Source of the DNA: Coniocarpon cinnabarinum
Taxonomy: Eukaryota
Reading direction: 5' to 3'
Assembly (NCBI GenBank): GCA_051942205.1
Contig: JAVECO010000115.1
Coordinates: 1-64,000, forward strand
Length of the DNA: 64,000 nt
Shown here: piece by piece, positions 46,073 to 59,262 of the stretch
Layout of the letters: each line of letters starts with the position of its first letter
Numbering within the stretch: position 1 is the first letter of the stretch
The notes under the pieces: generated by a model
What the model saw: only the letters and a program-made list of their open reading frames with translations
The model's database searches: none
What the model was told of the DNA's origin: nothing
Translations under genes and position numbers: made by a program

Positions 46073-47852
46073 ATGCTCGGTATAAGGGGCCTTGTTGTCA
46101 ATCCCTATAACCTGTGGATCGTGACGCTGGTTGGGCTGGGGACTATATCTACTGCATAGTACGCGACATACCCATCGACCACGGTTGCAGACGATGGAAG
46201 CCCGAACTGCTTGCAAGCTGACTTCAGGGAAGCGGTCTTGCCATCATTGGCTCCACTGTCGGCCAACCCAGCTTCTATACCTACTTCGATCTTGCACCAC
46301 AGGGGTCAACCGGATACGCTCATACTACCAACATAGTTGGCGCTCTCAATGGCGTCAACTCCGCTGGAGCTATCGCAGGATGCATCATCAACGCATACGC
46401 TGCAGACGGGATCGGTCGAAGGCATACCATGGAGCTCGGCTGTCTTATTCTCGCGGTCGGTGGAGCTATCTGCGCGGGATCTGTTAGCATCGCCATGTTC
46501 CTCGTGGGTCGCATCATCGCAGGATGCGGCTCTGGAATCCTAGCATGCGTTGTGCCACAGTATCAAGCTGAAGTGGCGACTGCAGAGACTCGAGGCGCAA
46601 TGGTCTGCATGACTGGTATCATGTATGCGTTTGGCTATACATTTGCTGGCTGGCTAGGTTACGCTTGTTATTTCTATCCGCAGGACTCACCGCATGCCTC
46701 ATTTGCATGGAGGTTTCCCCTTGCTTTTCAATGTGTGTTCCCCTTGGTGGTGCTCGGTGGGTCGCCGTTTGTGCCATTCTCACCACGTTGGCTGCTCAGC
46801 AAGGGCCGTTCAAGAGAGGCTCTGCAGGTACTTGAGAGGCTGCATGCCACGCCTAACGATCCAGACCACATTCGAGCACGAGAGGAATATTACTTGATCC
46901 ACAAGCAGTACGAAGCTGACAAATCGATGGACGTTCGACCTCTGGAGCTTCTTCGGACAACACCAAACCGCAGGCGAACACTTGTCGCCAGCCTGCTGAT
47001 GTGGGGCGATCAATTTTTAGGAATATTCGTCATAACAAATTATGGCGTGCTGATTTATTCAAGGTGCGTGAGGCTCGTCGTTCAGATACGTTGACGAGAA
47101 GCATTGCACCAGAGAGCAGGACATCTCGCAGCATGGAGACGCACCTGTTTTCCATATCAAGATCGTTTGCCGAGCTGACGTATTGCAGTTTGGGCCTCTC
47201 AGGCTCCATTCCGCTGCTGCTGAATGCGTGCTGGGTCACCTTCACTATCTTTGGTAACATCTTCACAGCACTGTTTCTCGATCGATGGGGTCGGAGAAAA
47301 TTCCTTATCGTAGGCTCGACAGGATGCACGGTGTCTCTCATCTTCCTCTGTGCCATGACTGCCAGCTTTCTGGACACTACGAACAAAGCTGGACTCCGTG
47401 CTGCCGTCTTCTTCGTCTTCTTCTACCTCATCTGGTGGTGCGCCTGTATGGACGCAACACAATACGTGTACCTGGCGGAAATCTTCCCTAACCACTTGCG
47501 CTCTCAAGGCATTGCGTGGGGCATTGCGTTTTTCTACCTGGCCTCAGAAGTCACACTTGTTGCGGCTCCGGTGGCTTTACAGTCCATTGGCTGGAAATTC
47601 TACCTGGTTTTGATCATTCCCTCGGGGCTGTACATTGCACTCATGGTGTTACTCTTTCCAGAAACCAAAGGCCGCACTTTGGAAGAGATTGGCCTAGCAT
47701 TTGGAGACGAGCACGTCGCTGCGCATTGGTACGGTATTACAGAAGAGGAAAAGCAGCGGATTGCGGAAGACGCGCTGAACGAAACCAAATCCGCTGAACT
47801 AGATCGGGAGGCTAGTTCGGAAACTAAGGACGCTGTCCTGCACGTTGAATGA
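46073..47852 (+). CDS. MFS sugar porter family transporter
   Basis: DGIGRR, GRIIAGCGSG, VPQYQAEVA..RG, WRFPLAFQ, PFSPRWL, DRWGRR and PETKGRTLEEI; two introns. Confidence 0.92.
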
Positions 47853-48542
47853 GAGCCGTACGAATCATAAGCTTCATTGGCATGATGCATCAGGCGCACC
47901 TGCTCGACAAAGGCTTTGGGGATGCTGGCGTCTTGGGAAGCTGATTGCGAGACGCGAGAGCATTGTAAATGTAAATCAGCTTCGGAGTTGGGGCCGGGGC
48001 AAATACTCGGAAGATCCACACTTCGACAAGCTCAGGTAAGCGATTGCGAGCTGCGCGACTTGAATGAAAACAGCTCCTTGTCGAAGCCAATGTATACTTG
48101 CAAAGCCCGAAAACACTCACTTGGATCTGGATTCAACAGTCACAAAGGGGGGCAAAGCAACAATTCGATGCACAGCTCGGATCTTCGGCGGCGGGAGATC
48201 GACAGAGTGCGATCTCGCATTGCCGAATGCAGCAAGCATGGATGACGAATGCTGCGCCCGAAAAGGTCTTGGACGACGAGACCCTCCGCGTCATCTACCA
48301 ACGCCATCTCGTTTCGTTTATCTCTTCTCGCTGCTGTGCTTTACCTTTCAGAGTTGTCTTCATTCCCATAAGTAGCATCTTGCATATTCGTTCCCATTTA
48401 TTTTGGTTGTATATCATGTCCCTGCCTTAGGCCAGTCTTCATGTGTGGAGACGTATTGGCAGCATTATTCCAGCTGGGCTATTCTCCACCTTGAGTTGTC
48501 TTTTCACGTAGATCATTTCCGGGCATTGCTCCTTCTGCAAAA

Positions 48543-49958
48543 ATGAAGAATGTTTTTCTGTTATCAGCATCATGCCTGGCGTCTGTCAGCGCAGCTATTG
48601 AGCTCGCCTACTCCGAGGCCCCTTCTGTAATACACGCTCCTATCCAGAGGCGACACGACGTCAGAGATCCAATAGATCACGACAGGTTACGGAGGAGAGA
48701 TACGGTGTCTGTGCCTCTGGACAATGAGGAAACCCTGTATTTTGCGAATGTCACCCTAGGTACACCCGAACAGGACTTCGCCCTTCAGATCGACACTGGC
48801 AGCAGCGACCTCTGGGTCAACCCGCAACAGTCGAGTCTTTGCACTCGCCGCCCCGACATTTGCTCTGTCACTGGCTCCTACAACGCTAATGCATCCTCTA
48901 CCTACGAATATGTCAATAGCTTTTTCAACATCACCTACATCGATGGCTCCGGCGCCCTCGGCGATTACGCTACTGATACGCTGACGATCGCCAACCTTAC
49001 CATCCAGTCTTTGCAATTTGGTATTGGATACCAATCCTCTTCGATCCAAGGCATTCTTGGCCTAGGCTACCCCATCAACGAAGTCCAGGTTAACAACGCT
49101 CGTCTCAAGGCATACGACAATCTTCCCGCCGCTATGGCCAACACGAATGTTATTGGAGCTCCAGCTTACTCGCTTTGGCTTAACGATCTCGACTCAAACA
49201 CGGGTTCCATCCTCTTTGGCGGCGTTGATGCTGCGAAGTATAATCCGCCTCTTCAGTCTTTGCCAATCATCTCCGAATCCGGTATCTACTCTCAATTTAT
49301 CATTGCCCTCACCGCTCTTGGTCAAAATGGCAATGTCGGCTCCATCATCGATAATCAGGCTCTTCCCGTCCTCCTCGATGCCGGTAGTAGTCTCACTTAT
49401 CTTCCCGACAACATTGCTGATGCTCTCTTCACCGCCTTCAATGCCCAGTACGACGCCAGTCAAGGCGCCGCCATGATTGATTGCGGCGCTGCGGACCAGT
49501 CCGGGAGCATCGACTTCACTTTTTCGGGGGCGACAATCTCCGTTGCAATCAACGAACTCGTCGTCGTTTCGTCTATTCAAAACAACCAGGAAACCTGCAT
49601 CTTCGGTGTAGCTCCTGCGGGCTCGTCACAGCCAGTGCTGGGTGACACGTTCTTGAGAAGTGCGTACGTGGTGTACGACCTGGGAGCAAATGAGATTAGC
49701 ATCGCATCCACGAACTTCAACACAACGGAAAGCCAAGTCATGGAGATTGCATCACTATCTGATGTTCCGGGAGCAACGCCAGTGGCAAGCCCTGTCACGC
49801 AGGTGACGGGATTACACACAGGCATTGGTCGGATAGATGGCGGGCAGACAGGAGACCAAAGTCAGGGTGCTGCAGCTGAGGTAACTCCACCGCCTAGTAT
49901 CAAATACGGAGCTGCTGTAGCACTGGGTGTGGGTATTGGGATCGGGATCGGATTGTGA
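48543..49958 (+). CDS. Secreted or GPI-anchored yapsin-like aspartic protease (OpsB-like)
   Basis: Signal peptide, RRRD pro-site, DTGSSDLW and LLDAGSSLTYLP motifs, LGDTFLRSAYVVYDL and a hydrophobic C-terminal tail. Confidence 0.93.
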   Translation: MKNVFLLSASCLASVSAAIELAYSEAPSVIHAPIQRRHDVRDPIDHDRLRRRDTVSVPLDNEETLYFANVTLGTPEQDFALQIDTGSSDLWVNPQQSSLCTRRPDICSVTGSYNANASSTYEYVNSFFNITYIDGSGALGDYATDTLTIANLTIQSLQFGIGYQSSSIQGILGLGYPINEVQVNNARLKAYDNLPAAMANTNVIGAPAYSLWLNDLDSNTGSILFGGVDAAKYNPPLQSLPIISESGIYSQFIIALTALGQNGNVGSIIDNQALPVLLDAGSSLTYLPDNIADALFTAFNAQYDASQGAAMIDCGAADQSGSIDFTFSGATISVAINELVVVSSIQNNQETCIFGVAPAGSSQPVLGDTFLRSAYVVYDLGANEISIASTNFNTTESQVMEIASLSDVPGATPVASPVTQVTGLHTGIGRIDGGQTGDQSQGAAAEVTPPPSIKYGAAVALGVGIGIGIGL

Positions 49959-50567
49959 GTTGGGTCAGACGGCGGCGGGTTGTTAAATTTCTTCTGCATA
50001 GCACCTTGGGCGTTGGCTTCTCCTTTGGATTTGGCAAATTAGATTTGCATGGCCTGCGTACGGAGCGACGTACAGCCGGCATTTAGACGATATACAGATG
50101 ACCTACAGACGACATAGAGGACACACGAAACAATTCCTATTTCCGTAAGCAATCCCGGTAGTATATTTTAACCAGCCGCTCTGAACTGCTCGTTGAATGA
50201 GATCTCAAGCTCATTCTTAAGTTCCTGCGTAAGTGTTGTGAGATAAATATATGTGGTATCGGACAACCAGTCACTGTGATGCAGTCGAATCGCCACACAG
50301 CCTGTGTCATCCGCAAAATTCATTGAGCGTGAATCGCAGGCACCTGGCGAAACTACAATAGAGAAAGGAGCGCAAAGAATTACAAAATGCACCTTTGCTC
50401 ACCCGGCGGTAACGCGGGATAGAGCGTGAGAGCGCCGCGGAAAATCAATTTGTCCGGCTGACTTGGCGAGGCCTTGATCATGAAACCATCAGCACGGCAA
50501 CCTACAATTAGATAGACCGCGATGTCTTAATGGTGATAATGCTTTTCAACTGAGCATGTGATCAAAG

Positions 50568-51926
50568 ATGAAGTGGCTCTGCCAGTGCTTGCTCTTTCTG
50601 GGGCTCGCGGCCAGGGTTGTAGGTCATTCTGGACATCACGGTGATGAGGGCGTCCGGTACTGCCTGGAAAGCAAAGGATGTCTTGCACTCATATCTTATG
50701 CAAACCCTGCGACAGACGGCCACGACCTCTATATAACATTGTCGATCGATGGGTATGGTGCAGAGGGTCATGGATGGACAGCCGTCGGACTGGGCTCTGC
50801 AATGGATGGGGCATTGATATTTGTCGTTTACGGCAAGCCTACCAGCCAAGGTCCGCCCATCTTGAGTGTACGGACTACAGGAGAACATAACCCACCGTCG
50901 CCATTATCACATGACCACGCGAATGGCACAGAATTTCAAACCGTCTATTCTAACTGGACGCAAACTGGAGATGTGTATCGAGCAACAGTGAACCTCATAT
51001 GCTATAATTGTACTCGATGGAATACCGTTGATGTCAACAACAAAGCGCAGCCGTGGATAGCGGCATACAACCCAACACAGCGTTTTGAAGTCCATTCAGA
51101 AGATGCGTCACTAGAAATGCACAGCAAAGAAAGGGACTCTGGATACGGGTTCTTCTTCACCGATATGCCCCTATCACTGACGAAAAGTTACACGCCGCCC
51201 GGTTTCCCTCCTGTCAGTGAGACATATAGCTCTTTCGGCGCGGCTGAAGAAGCCGACGGCGTGGCAGCAACAGCCAGCACACACGATAGTGGATTTAGAC
51301 ATCGCGCTTGGCAGGTGCATGGACTCCTTCTCACTATAGCATACCTGGGCATCTATCCACTGGGTGTACTGCTACTTCGACGTCAGTCTGTGAACGCATT
51401 CAAGCTGCATTGGATATCACAGGTGTGCGCAAGTATCCTTACAGCACTGGGCATCTTGTTAGGCATTTATCTCCACCCTGAGATTGAACACCTCCACCAA
51501 CTTATCGGCTTGGTTGTTGGGTTCGCTCCCGTGGTGCAAATTTTACTTGGGTGGCGTCATCATATCATATACTTGAGAATAGGTCGCGCAACGATGCTCT
51601 CGGAGATTCACGTCACCCTGGGAAGAGTGATATTGTGCCTCGGCGCCGTCAACATCCTCCTGGGAATGTATCTCAAGCAATGGAGCGCTTGGCTGATGAT
51701 TGTGGTTGCTCTTGTGATCGCTGCCGAAGCTGTTGGGCTATTCTTCGTGCTGAGAAGTTCGCGTGGACTTCAAAGCCAACAGAAGTATGCTCATCTAAAC
51801 GAAGATGATCTTGACGGTGCTTTCGCACTCGAGGATGTTGAGAGCATGTCAGATGACGAGGATGAGTACACTGAAAAGAGGCGTGGCTCCTTGCCCATGT
51901 CATCGCATACAAGACCTGAGAAGTGA
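50568..51926 (+). CDS. DOMON (CDH cytochrome-type) plus cytochrome b561 membrane protein
   Basis: Signal peptide; GWTAVGLGSAMDGALIFV, LSVRTTGEHNPP, CYNCTRW and LEMH (Met/His heme ligands); TM His residues in VHGLLL, LHW, LHQLIG, WRHH and IHVTLGR. Confidence 0.85.
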   Translation: MKWLCQCLLFLGLAARVVGHSGHHGDEGVRYCLESKGCLALISYANPATDGHDLYITLSIDGYGAEGHGWTAVGLGSAMDGALIFVVYGKPTSQGPPILSVRTTGEHNPPSPLSHDHANGTEFQTVYSNWTQTGDVYRATVNLICYNCTRWNTVDVNNKAQPWIAAYNPTQRFEVHSEDASLEMHSKERDSGYGFFFTDMPLSLTKSYTPPGFPPVSETYSSFGAAEEADGVAATASTHDSGFRHRAWQVHGLLLTIAYLGIYPLGVLLLRRQSVNAFKLHWISQVCASILTALGILLGIYLHPEIEHLHQLIGLVVGFAPVVQILLGWRHHIIYLRIGRATMLSEIHVTLGRVILCLGAVNILLGMYLKQWSAWLMIVVALVIAAEAVGLFFVLRSSRGLQSQQKYAHLNEDDLDGAFALEDVESMSDDEDEYTEKRRGSLPMSSHTRPEK

Positions 51927-53869
51927 TGAGCGACCGTCAGCTGACCTGTCAATGTCTTTTTCTGCCGTGTGTCAGAGTTTCAGAATGCGGCCTCGGAGCT
52001 CATACGTACCGACCCAGCATTGGCCGCACATCAAAGCTTAGTTTGACCGAAGTTTGCTTAGTCAGTGCAGTCGGATCAGCTTTCAGGAACCAACTCTGAC
52101 CAGTGTAACAGTCTGAAAGCGCAGGTACGCCATGACTAGTTGTCCGGAGAATACCTCTAAAGTCGCAAGTAACGGACTTTGATGTGCGGCTCCGCGTCCC
52201 GCTGCAATGCCCTGATTCTGATAGCTCAAACGCGTACATACAGGTTGGATCGGAGGTCCTAAGTTTACAGCAATGAATCGCGTGATATTTGAGTTCATAG
52301 TGTGCTGGGGTAGTTTGGAAGCCTTGTGTCGATACGAGAGATTCGCGGACGGCTCGTTCACAACACGCGAATGAGGTAAATGCGACACGAGAAGTGGACA
52401 GCTAACCACAGAAATTGTCGGCAAGCCTCAGAAGGGGCTAGTCTTGAATAATAGGAAGGCTGAAGGATTGTGAAGAACAGCGGTCCGAGGCAGTCCGAAA
52501 CATCGGCAGGCACAGGGCACAACACGAGCCCGTGTCTTCACACCGAAAGCGATCGACGAGTTCCGCCCTGCTATGCCGCACGCATCACGGGTGCACCCAG
52601 CCTTGCAGTTCAGATGCCGTCTCTACTTCCTCGTCTAAGAGAAAGAGAAAACAGCGAAGGGAGTCACTGGGAGTTTCCTTCTGCTCACGCTAAGTTCTTC
52701 ACTTCCCCATACCATATGACTCCTTTGGGTAATATAGAGTTCACGATTGCGGACCGGTAGGGTGTGCGGTCGCTATATTGCTGTCCACAAATTGGTGCAC
52801 TTAAGCCCATACTCAATGATTCGCGCTTCACAAACAACCTACCGGATATACCGGCGTGATGTCATTTCTATGGTTGCGGCCTGCACCACATACGTGTTCT
52901 TGCTGACCAACAATGTCGAGGCCCGACCCGTGAGCGGATTGTTTCATCCTCCTCAACCACCAGCTGGAAGTCCAGAGGCGTCTGTCCATCGCACGCTCTT
53001 GCCCACTTGCGGTGCTGCCCCCTTTCACATGTGTCGACACGTCAAGGTACCACGCAGCCTTGCTTCTCTAGCCATTCTATGATGACAAGACACGATGAGC
53101 GTCATGCTGTTTTTGTACGCATTTCTCAGTAAACCGCAGGATATTAACACAGCACGGAAGAGGAAAACATCGTTCTTACGTTTTCTTGTCACATACGAAA
53201 ATCTATTCATTGTGGCAAACACATCTCCCAATAGCGTACAGGCCTTGCAAGTATCATTTCCTTCCAAAAACTTCTGATGAAACAGTCCGTTCGATCAGAA
53301 AACGAATTCTGTACGCGTCATCGACCACGGGAAGTCATCGACTCGCCAATTTGTTCAAATCCGTCGTATCAAGGTGCAAAGCCTACGATGGGTCTGCCTC
53401 AGACTTGAGCCGCCCGTCCATGACCTTGTCAACATGCATGATCGCTCACGGTATTCCGCGATCTCTCGCAAGTCTACCGCCGGATAAGTCGAATCCTCCT
53501 TCCTTCGGTCCTCCGGCGCTTCTCGAATACGGCACAGCTGACGGAAACTGATGCGAGCCGTTCCTCTTCGCGTGTGCCACACGCTTCAATGACTGTGGTG
53601 TGTTTGACCTCAGTCTCATGTTGCGGCAATATCGAGTCAAGTCCAGCTCGATTACGTTGTATTTCCCCCTATACTTCCAGTTATAAAATGCAAGTCACAG
53701 CGCTCCAGTTTCATGAGCTCCTTCTTTCTTCACAAGGCCGGTCCCTTCAGAAGTAAAAGAGCCTCATTACACTCGTTCGCTACATCACCTTCGTTTGCAT
53801 TGTCGAAATCTGTCCTTCTTTCCAGCACATTAGTCCTTCTACGTCTCCAAATATCTCCAAATAGCCGCA

Positions 53870-54566
53870 ATGAAATTCACCAGTGCGCTTGTCCTCGCTA
53901 TCGCCACTGGCGTCCTAGCCTTGCCCCGCGCCCAGTACGACAACGCCCCTGCAGCCACGACCGCTATTCCTGCAAGCACTGCGAATGCGCCGGCAGCAGC
54001 AGCGGTAACTGGCCTTGCGCCGAGCTCGAGTGCCACAACGCCTGACGCCAGCGAGTATCAGAACACCAGCCCATCTGATAACGACTCCTCTGATACCTCT
54101 GACACTGAGAATCAATCACCGTCTTTGGGTCAAAGCTCTGGCAATGGCTTTCATGGGCAGGGCAAAGGCCACATGTTTTGCGGAAACATGGACGATTTGA
54201 TGAAAGCTTTTGGTAAGTAACAAGTTAACTGGGTCATGTACTCTTCTGCAACCCCAGCAAATACATTACTTGCCATATCGCATATTGTTGGCCTCTTTGC
54301 TAATGCAAAGCACAGCGAACAAAGGTTATTCGTCAGGCAACACCCCAGGCGCCAATGCCGCCGCAGGTAGCAACAACTTCCCGTCTGCCAGCAACTCGAC
54401 CTCGATTGGAGACACGTCGGACACTCCTGAGACGTCTGAGCTGGGCGACACAAGTGCAGACGAGACTCAGACGACAGATGAGGAAGACACGTCGCCCTCT
54501 TCTACCGCTACATCCACTACAGCAGCGGCGACAGCGTCAGGTGCGCAGTACACCAAGCGAATGTAG
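53870..54566 (+). CDS. Small secreted Ser/Thr/Ala/Asp-rich protein (2 exons)
   Basis: MKFTSALVLAIATGVLA/LP signal peptide; intron 54213-54315 (GTAAGT..CTAAT..CAG) joins two ORF-track pieces in frame. Confidence 0.8.
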
Positions 54567-54856
54567 CTGGCCGACAACGTGAACATAGCCAATAGGAGAG
54601 ACTAGAGAGGGTAATGGCAGAGACTATCCGATAGACAGTGGATAAGTTGTATTCATTTCTTAGCTGCCATCTGCTCATGATAAAAGTCGGGCTACCTGCA
54701 GTCGTGGATCAGAATAGGCAATTTATCTATCAATTCCAGAAGCAACATGATGGTTGCACAGCTATCTCAAACGTTGCTGTATTGATTTGTTTTCTGAAGG
54801 CCACAAATTATGAAGAGGAGATCAGAGAAGAAATAGTAAGGTCTTCATTACGTCTT

Positions 54857-56490
54857 TTAAGCTTCTGCATCGGCCAAGTGTATGCTCGAGTTCACGGTAT
54901 CCCGTAGCACCCACTTGCGCCACCGTTTATGTAACAGAACACTTGTCAAGCCTACTACTACAAAAGCTCCACATATTGCCCCACCGAGAATGTCGTATTT
55001 GTCTTGCACAGCGCGGACGCCGTCCCAGAATTGGCCCTCGGGCTCGCAGATGCTGTCGGCCAATCCGAGTATTTGGATCACTCCGATGATGACTGCCACG
55101 ATCACTGTTAGTACAGTGAGGATGGTGTTGTAATAAAGAAGTGTCAAAGCATCTGGACGCCTCGCTTGATGCGCCTCAGTCTGTCGGTGCTGTTCAGCGA
55201 CACTTTCATCCCCGCGCACGCGCGTAGTCTGTGACTCTTCCGCACGTACAATGTCTGCCCTTGCAGCATCCGATGTAGTAGCGTGCATGTCGCGGATATT
55301 TGGCGGCGCTGAGCACTCTCTGTCTTTCTCAGGGCGTTGCGCGCCTGCAGTATATAAAGAAAGCATCAGCGCTCCGTCTGTAGTATCTAGTAGGCACATT
55401 CCGGCAGTGAACAGGACTGGGAATATGAGTATAAGCCAGAAGGACCGGCCCGACACTGACTGGACGGCGCTTATGCCAAGGAGAGCGATCTGGGAGGATG
55501 TGTCGAAGCCGAGTCCAAAAAGAACGCCAAGTGGCTATACAGGCGGTCAGCTTGCATGAGCAAAGCCTCGTCTCCGAGCCAGCTACTTACATACATCTTC
55601 CAAGGTCTTTGAAAGCATAAGGTTGTCAGCAGGCGTCAACTACTGTGCAGTGCTGACATGGCATACCGATCTATAAGCACGAACAGCTTTCTGAAGATGC
55701 GGAAGAAGATGCCGCCACCCTCGATGCGGAACTGTGGAGTATCACGACCACGCTCCGAATGCTCAAGAAGTCGGTATTCAGCAATTGTGTGGCGCAACTG
55801 CCGGAACAATAAATAGAGTATGTATGCATTAGCAAGACCCAGGATGAGCAGGAATGCAGCAGAGACAGCTGAGCCTATAATACCGCCAATGGTCGAAAAC
55901 CCCTCGAATTTGTCCGAGACGGACGCGGCAGTGGCAGCGACAACAATGGACGTGATTATGACAATACTACAGCGTCAATGAGAAGTGAGCGTCACGGTTT
56001 AGAACATCTTATACAAACGACACCTACGTGGAATGGCCCAGGGAGAAGAAGGTGCCTACAGTCACTGGTCTTTGATCGCTTGCAACAAGGCGTCGAGTCA
56101 TCAAGTCAATCGCTGATATGTGGTCCGCGTCGAGGGCATGGCGGAGACCCAGAGTCCAGGCTAAGACGCCCAGGCCAGCCAGTCCTCTAACGAGATCTCA
56201 GACGGGCTCAGGGCATCCAAAGGCATGCCAAGGACTACCTACTCATAGTAGTACTATGATGCCACGTAAGAGATGTTTCCGACATCGGCCAGGGCGTTGG
56301 CTCTTACTGATAGTATGCCAACAATGATCCAGACCGCAACATTAACGGCGACGAGGATTGCTACGACGCCACAGGCTCGAGGCGGTAGAACGCGCAGGAG
56401 AGGCACACTGTTGTATTTGGAGAGTATCCTCCGGCGCAGACGTTGACGGCGCGGTCGGGGGAGAGGGCGCAGTCCAGTGGTGTCGTCCAT
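54857..56490 (-). CDS. NIC1: High-affinity nickel transporter (NiCoT; HoxN/NixA/Nic1 family), multi-exon
   Basis: [40 protein letters not shown] (via a 16-nt exon near 55591-55606) and [20 protein letters not shown]. Confidence 0.92.
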
Positions 56491-58086
56491 CTCGTCTGGA
56501 TTGGGCACCAGCCACGCACACACGTCCCAAGCCGCTCCACATTCCAGACGTCTCATCCCAGCGCAGAGGAGCTCGCTGTGCACATGGATGAAGTCAAGAG
56601 TGCTTATCTCAGCAGGGAGGGATGGCCGGAGGGTGATTGGTGGAGAAGTCGTCTTAAGCGCTAGACCTCGTGGCACAGTCGAATCAATATCCAATATCAC
56701 GACCTTGCCATGCACGGCCAGCACACCCAAGGCAGGCGCGCCCGGGGCTCAGGGGAAGATAAAGACTCGCTGGCTGTCGTCGACTTCATCTCCCTCTGCT
56801 CGCCGTCGCTGCTGCGTTTCATCCTCTGCTGTTCGTTCAAGTTCCGAACAACGGCTTCTAGCGTGGCCCATCGGCACTTGGATCTCCATTTCTCGGGTCC
56901 TGCAGTCCGGAGACGCCGATGCAACAGCCATCATCATCATCAAGCTAACGTCCGCAGCCTGGCGCAGAGCCAGAGCCAGATCCATTGAGCAAGGAGCCAC
57001 CCTCGTGGCCGCTCCGCTGATGAAGAGAGATCCGCGGCTGTCAGACCTCGACCTGTTTCAAACGCGCCAGGAGATCCATGCCCGCCGGCCTCTGCCCTTC
57101 CAACTGCGCACAAGCCGCCTCGGTGTATCACCCGCTGCACACGCACTGCACTCCGAAATGGGCGCAAAGTGATTCAGGCCCGGGCGGTGCGAGCGCGGCC
57201 GGCTCCGTCCACCGGTCGAGTCGCAGCATGGGCATCCAGGGCACTTGCATCCACCCACTGCCAGATGCCGTCCATGCGCGGTGCACGAGTCTCGAGGAAG
57301 AGCTGACGGGGCCGGCGAAGGGGAGCACGAAGGCGCGGACTGCCAAAGGATTCTGAAACGCCATGTGAGGCTCGGCTCATTCATGCTTTGGGACAAGCGC
57401 CCTCCACGCCGTCGTGGTGAGCAACGGCGTCTGTTCCACGTCGACGCTCTCCCCGTGATTGGTCAGCGCCTGGCGTCTACAGGTTCGTCACCATCCATAG
57501 CAGGCATTCTTATCGATGTCAGTTTCTTTACTATTTCCCCTCTGTCATCCTCAAACACCTCCATATCCCGCCCTCCGCCGCCGTGGCCAATGCAACTCGC
57601 ACGACAGAAAGAGTTTGGCAGCGTGCAGGTATCTCAGAAAAGATGGCCCCGCCAGCCACTCGGCTCGACGCTGCCTGCAACAAGCCCGCCCGACATGCAT
57701 TGGGCTGCAGTAGTGCTGGAAACAGACTCGTCAATCTCCTCCCTGTTACGCTCAAACCACCAAAATCCCTTTCATGTACCTCCGTCTCGAATACTTCCTT
57801 TTCGTCCCTCTTCATGCCCTGAAACCCGGCGCCTACTCGCACACCCTTCCCTTCAACCATGATCTGAGTGGTGCTTACGCGCGTGGCTCTGTCGTTCCCT
57901 CCTCCCTTCCAATGGTCACTCGTTTATAACACCCCTTGATTGTATTCGTCCGCTCGTTGCTCCACCAGGCCTAGCTGGCATTTTTCCGCACGACTCAGGT
58001 TTTTTTGTACCAAACCTTGCATCCTGTTATGAGGTCCTTCAACTTCTTCAACATTGTTGTTGTTGTCGTCTTTTGGGTTGGCGTTT

Positions 58087-59262
58087 ATGGATCGTTCTTT
58101 CTCAGAAACTGAAAAGGTTGGTGTACGCTGGCTCTCCTCGGGTTTTTCTTGATGTCTGTGTCGTGTGATCCATAGTCGACAGTCTCGGGCCCCCCAAGCA
58201 TGAGCGGATGCTGATGACAGTGGCGTTCAGGTGAATCTGTTGGCAGAGATACTCAAAGCTAGCTCAGTACCGCACACTGCCTTGTTGGACATTGTCTATC
58301 AGTACCGCGTGGAGCCCCAATGGGCCGAAATCTCACGTCCACCAGGCCGATCACCACAAGAATGTCAAGAAACTTTTGCTCAGCTCCGCGCGAATCATCC
58401 GCAGGCTCCAGCACCGGCCGGTCGTCCTCCCACAGCATCTTTTCAGCCTCCTCAACAATTCCCTAGCCGCCAATTCCCGCCGCTAGAAGGATCTGCTTCT
58501 TATGGAGGGAGTCGGACAATTCAACCGCGGCCTGAAGGAGTACCTCATTCTGCTATTCTGTCAAGCGGTAGTCCCTATGGACTACAAACGTCGGATCAAC
58601 CATACAAAAAGCGAGGCAGACCTTCCAACGCCGAGGTAGAGCAACGGAAGCGGGAATACGCGGAGCGTGGGGAGCCTTATCCCACCTCGGGGAGGGGTCG
58701 CAAACGATCGAAGCCAATTCAGGGCCCTTCACCGACGTCTCCGACCAGCGTGCAGTCCGGCGGCAGCATAGTAATGCAGCCCCAATCAGATACCCAGGGA
58801 GGTGCGGGCACGCAAAGACCTACGTATGCTGGAGCGCCGGAGCCTTCGCCGTCTTCTGTTGGACCGAGCCAAAAGTCTCCAACAGCTACTGAGCCTTCAC
58901 TGTCTGAGCAGCGACCACCCCTGCAACATTCGTACAGTTATCATGAACGTAGTCAGAGCCAACAACAACAGCGATTGCCTCCACCTCAGACTCCCTTTCA
59001 CACCCCGACCCAACTGCGTCCATTCACGTCAGATCATGCGCCGCAACTACAGGCTCAGTACAGGCTGCCTTCACCACCTCAGTTCTCACGTCCAACGTCT
59101 TTGCCTTTCCCGGGCTCAGTGCTTCAACGTCCATTATCGAGTCCACACGCCGCTTCAGCTCCTCCCCCTTTTCCGCCGTCGCAGAGTTTCCCTCGACCTC
59201 CAGAACCGCCTCGACAACGAACACCTCCTCGGCCGACGACCACCGGTCCTGTTGAGCGCTGA
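58087..59262 (+). CDS. Conserved fungal hypothetical protein with an AT-hook-like motif and Pro/Gln-rich tail
   Basis: Exon 1 MDRSFSETEK, intron 58117-58230, then VNLLAEILK...EPQWAEISRPPGRSPQECQETF; KKRGRPS. Confidence 0.8.

Noticed and set aside
56477..57862. Several 100-230 aa ORFs upstream of the nickel transporter
   Set aside because: GC-rich divergent promoter region; the ORFs overlap in all frames with no family signal.
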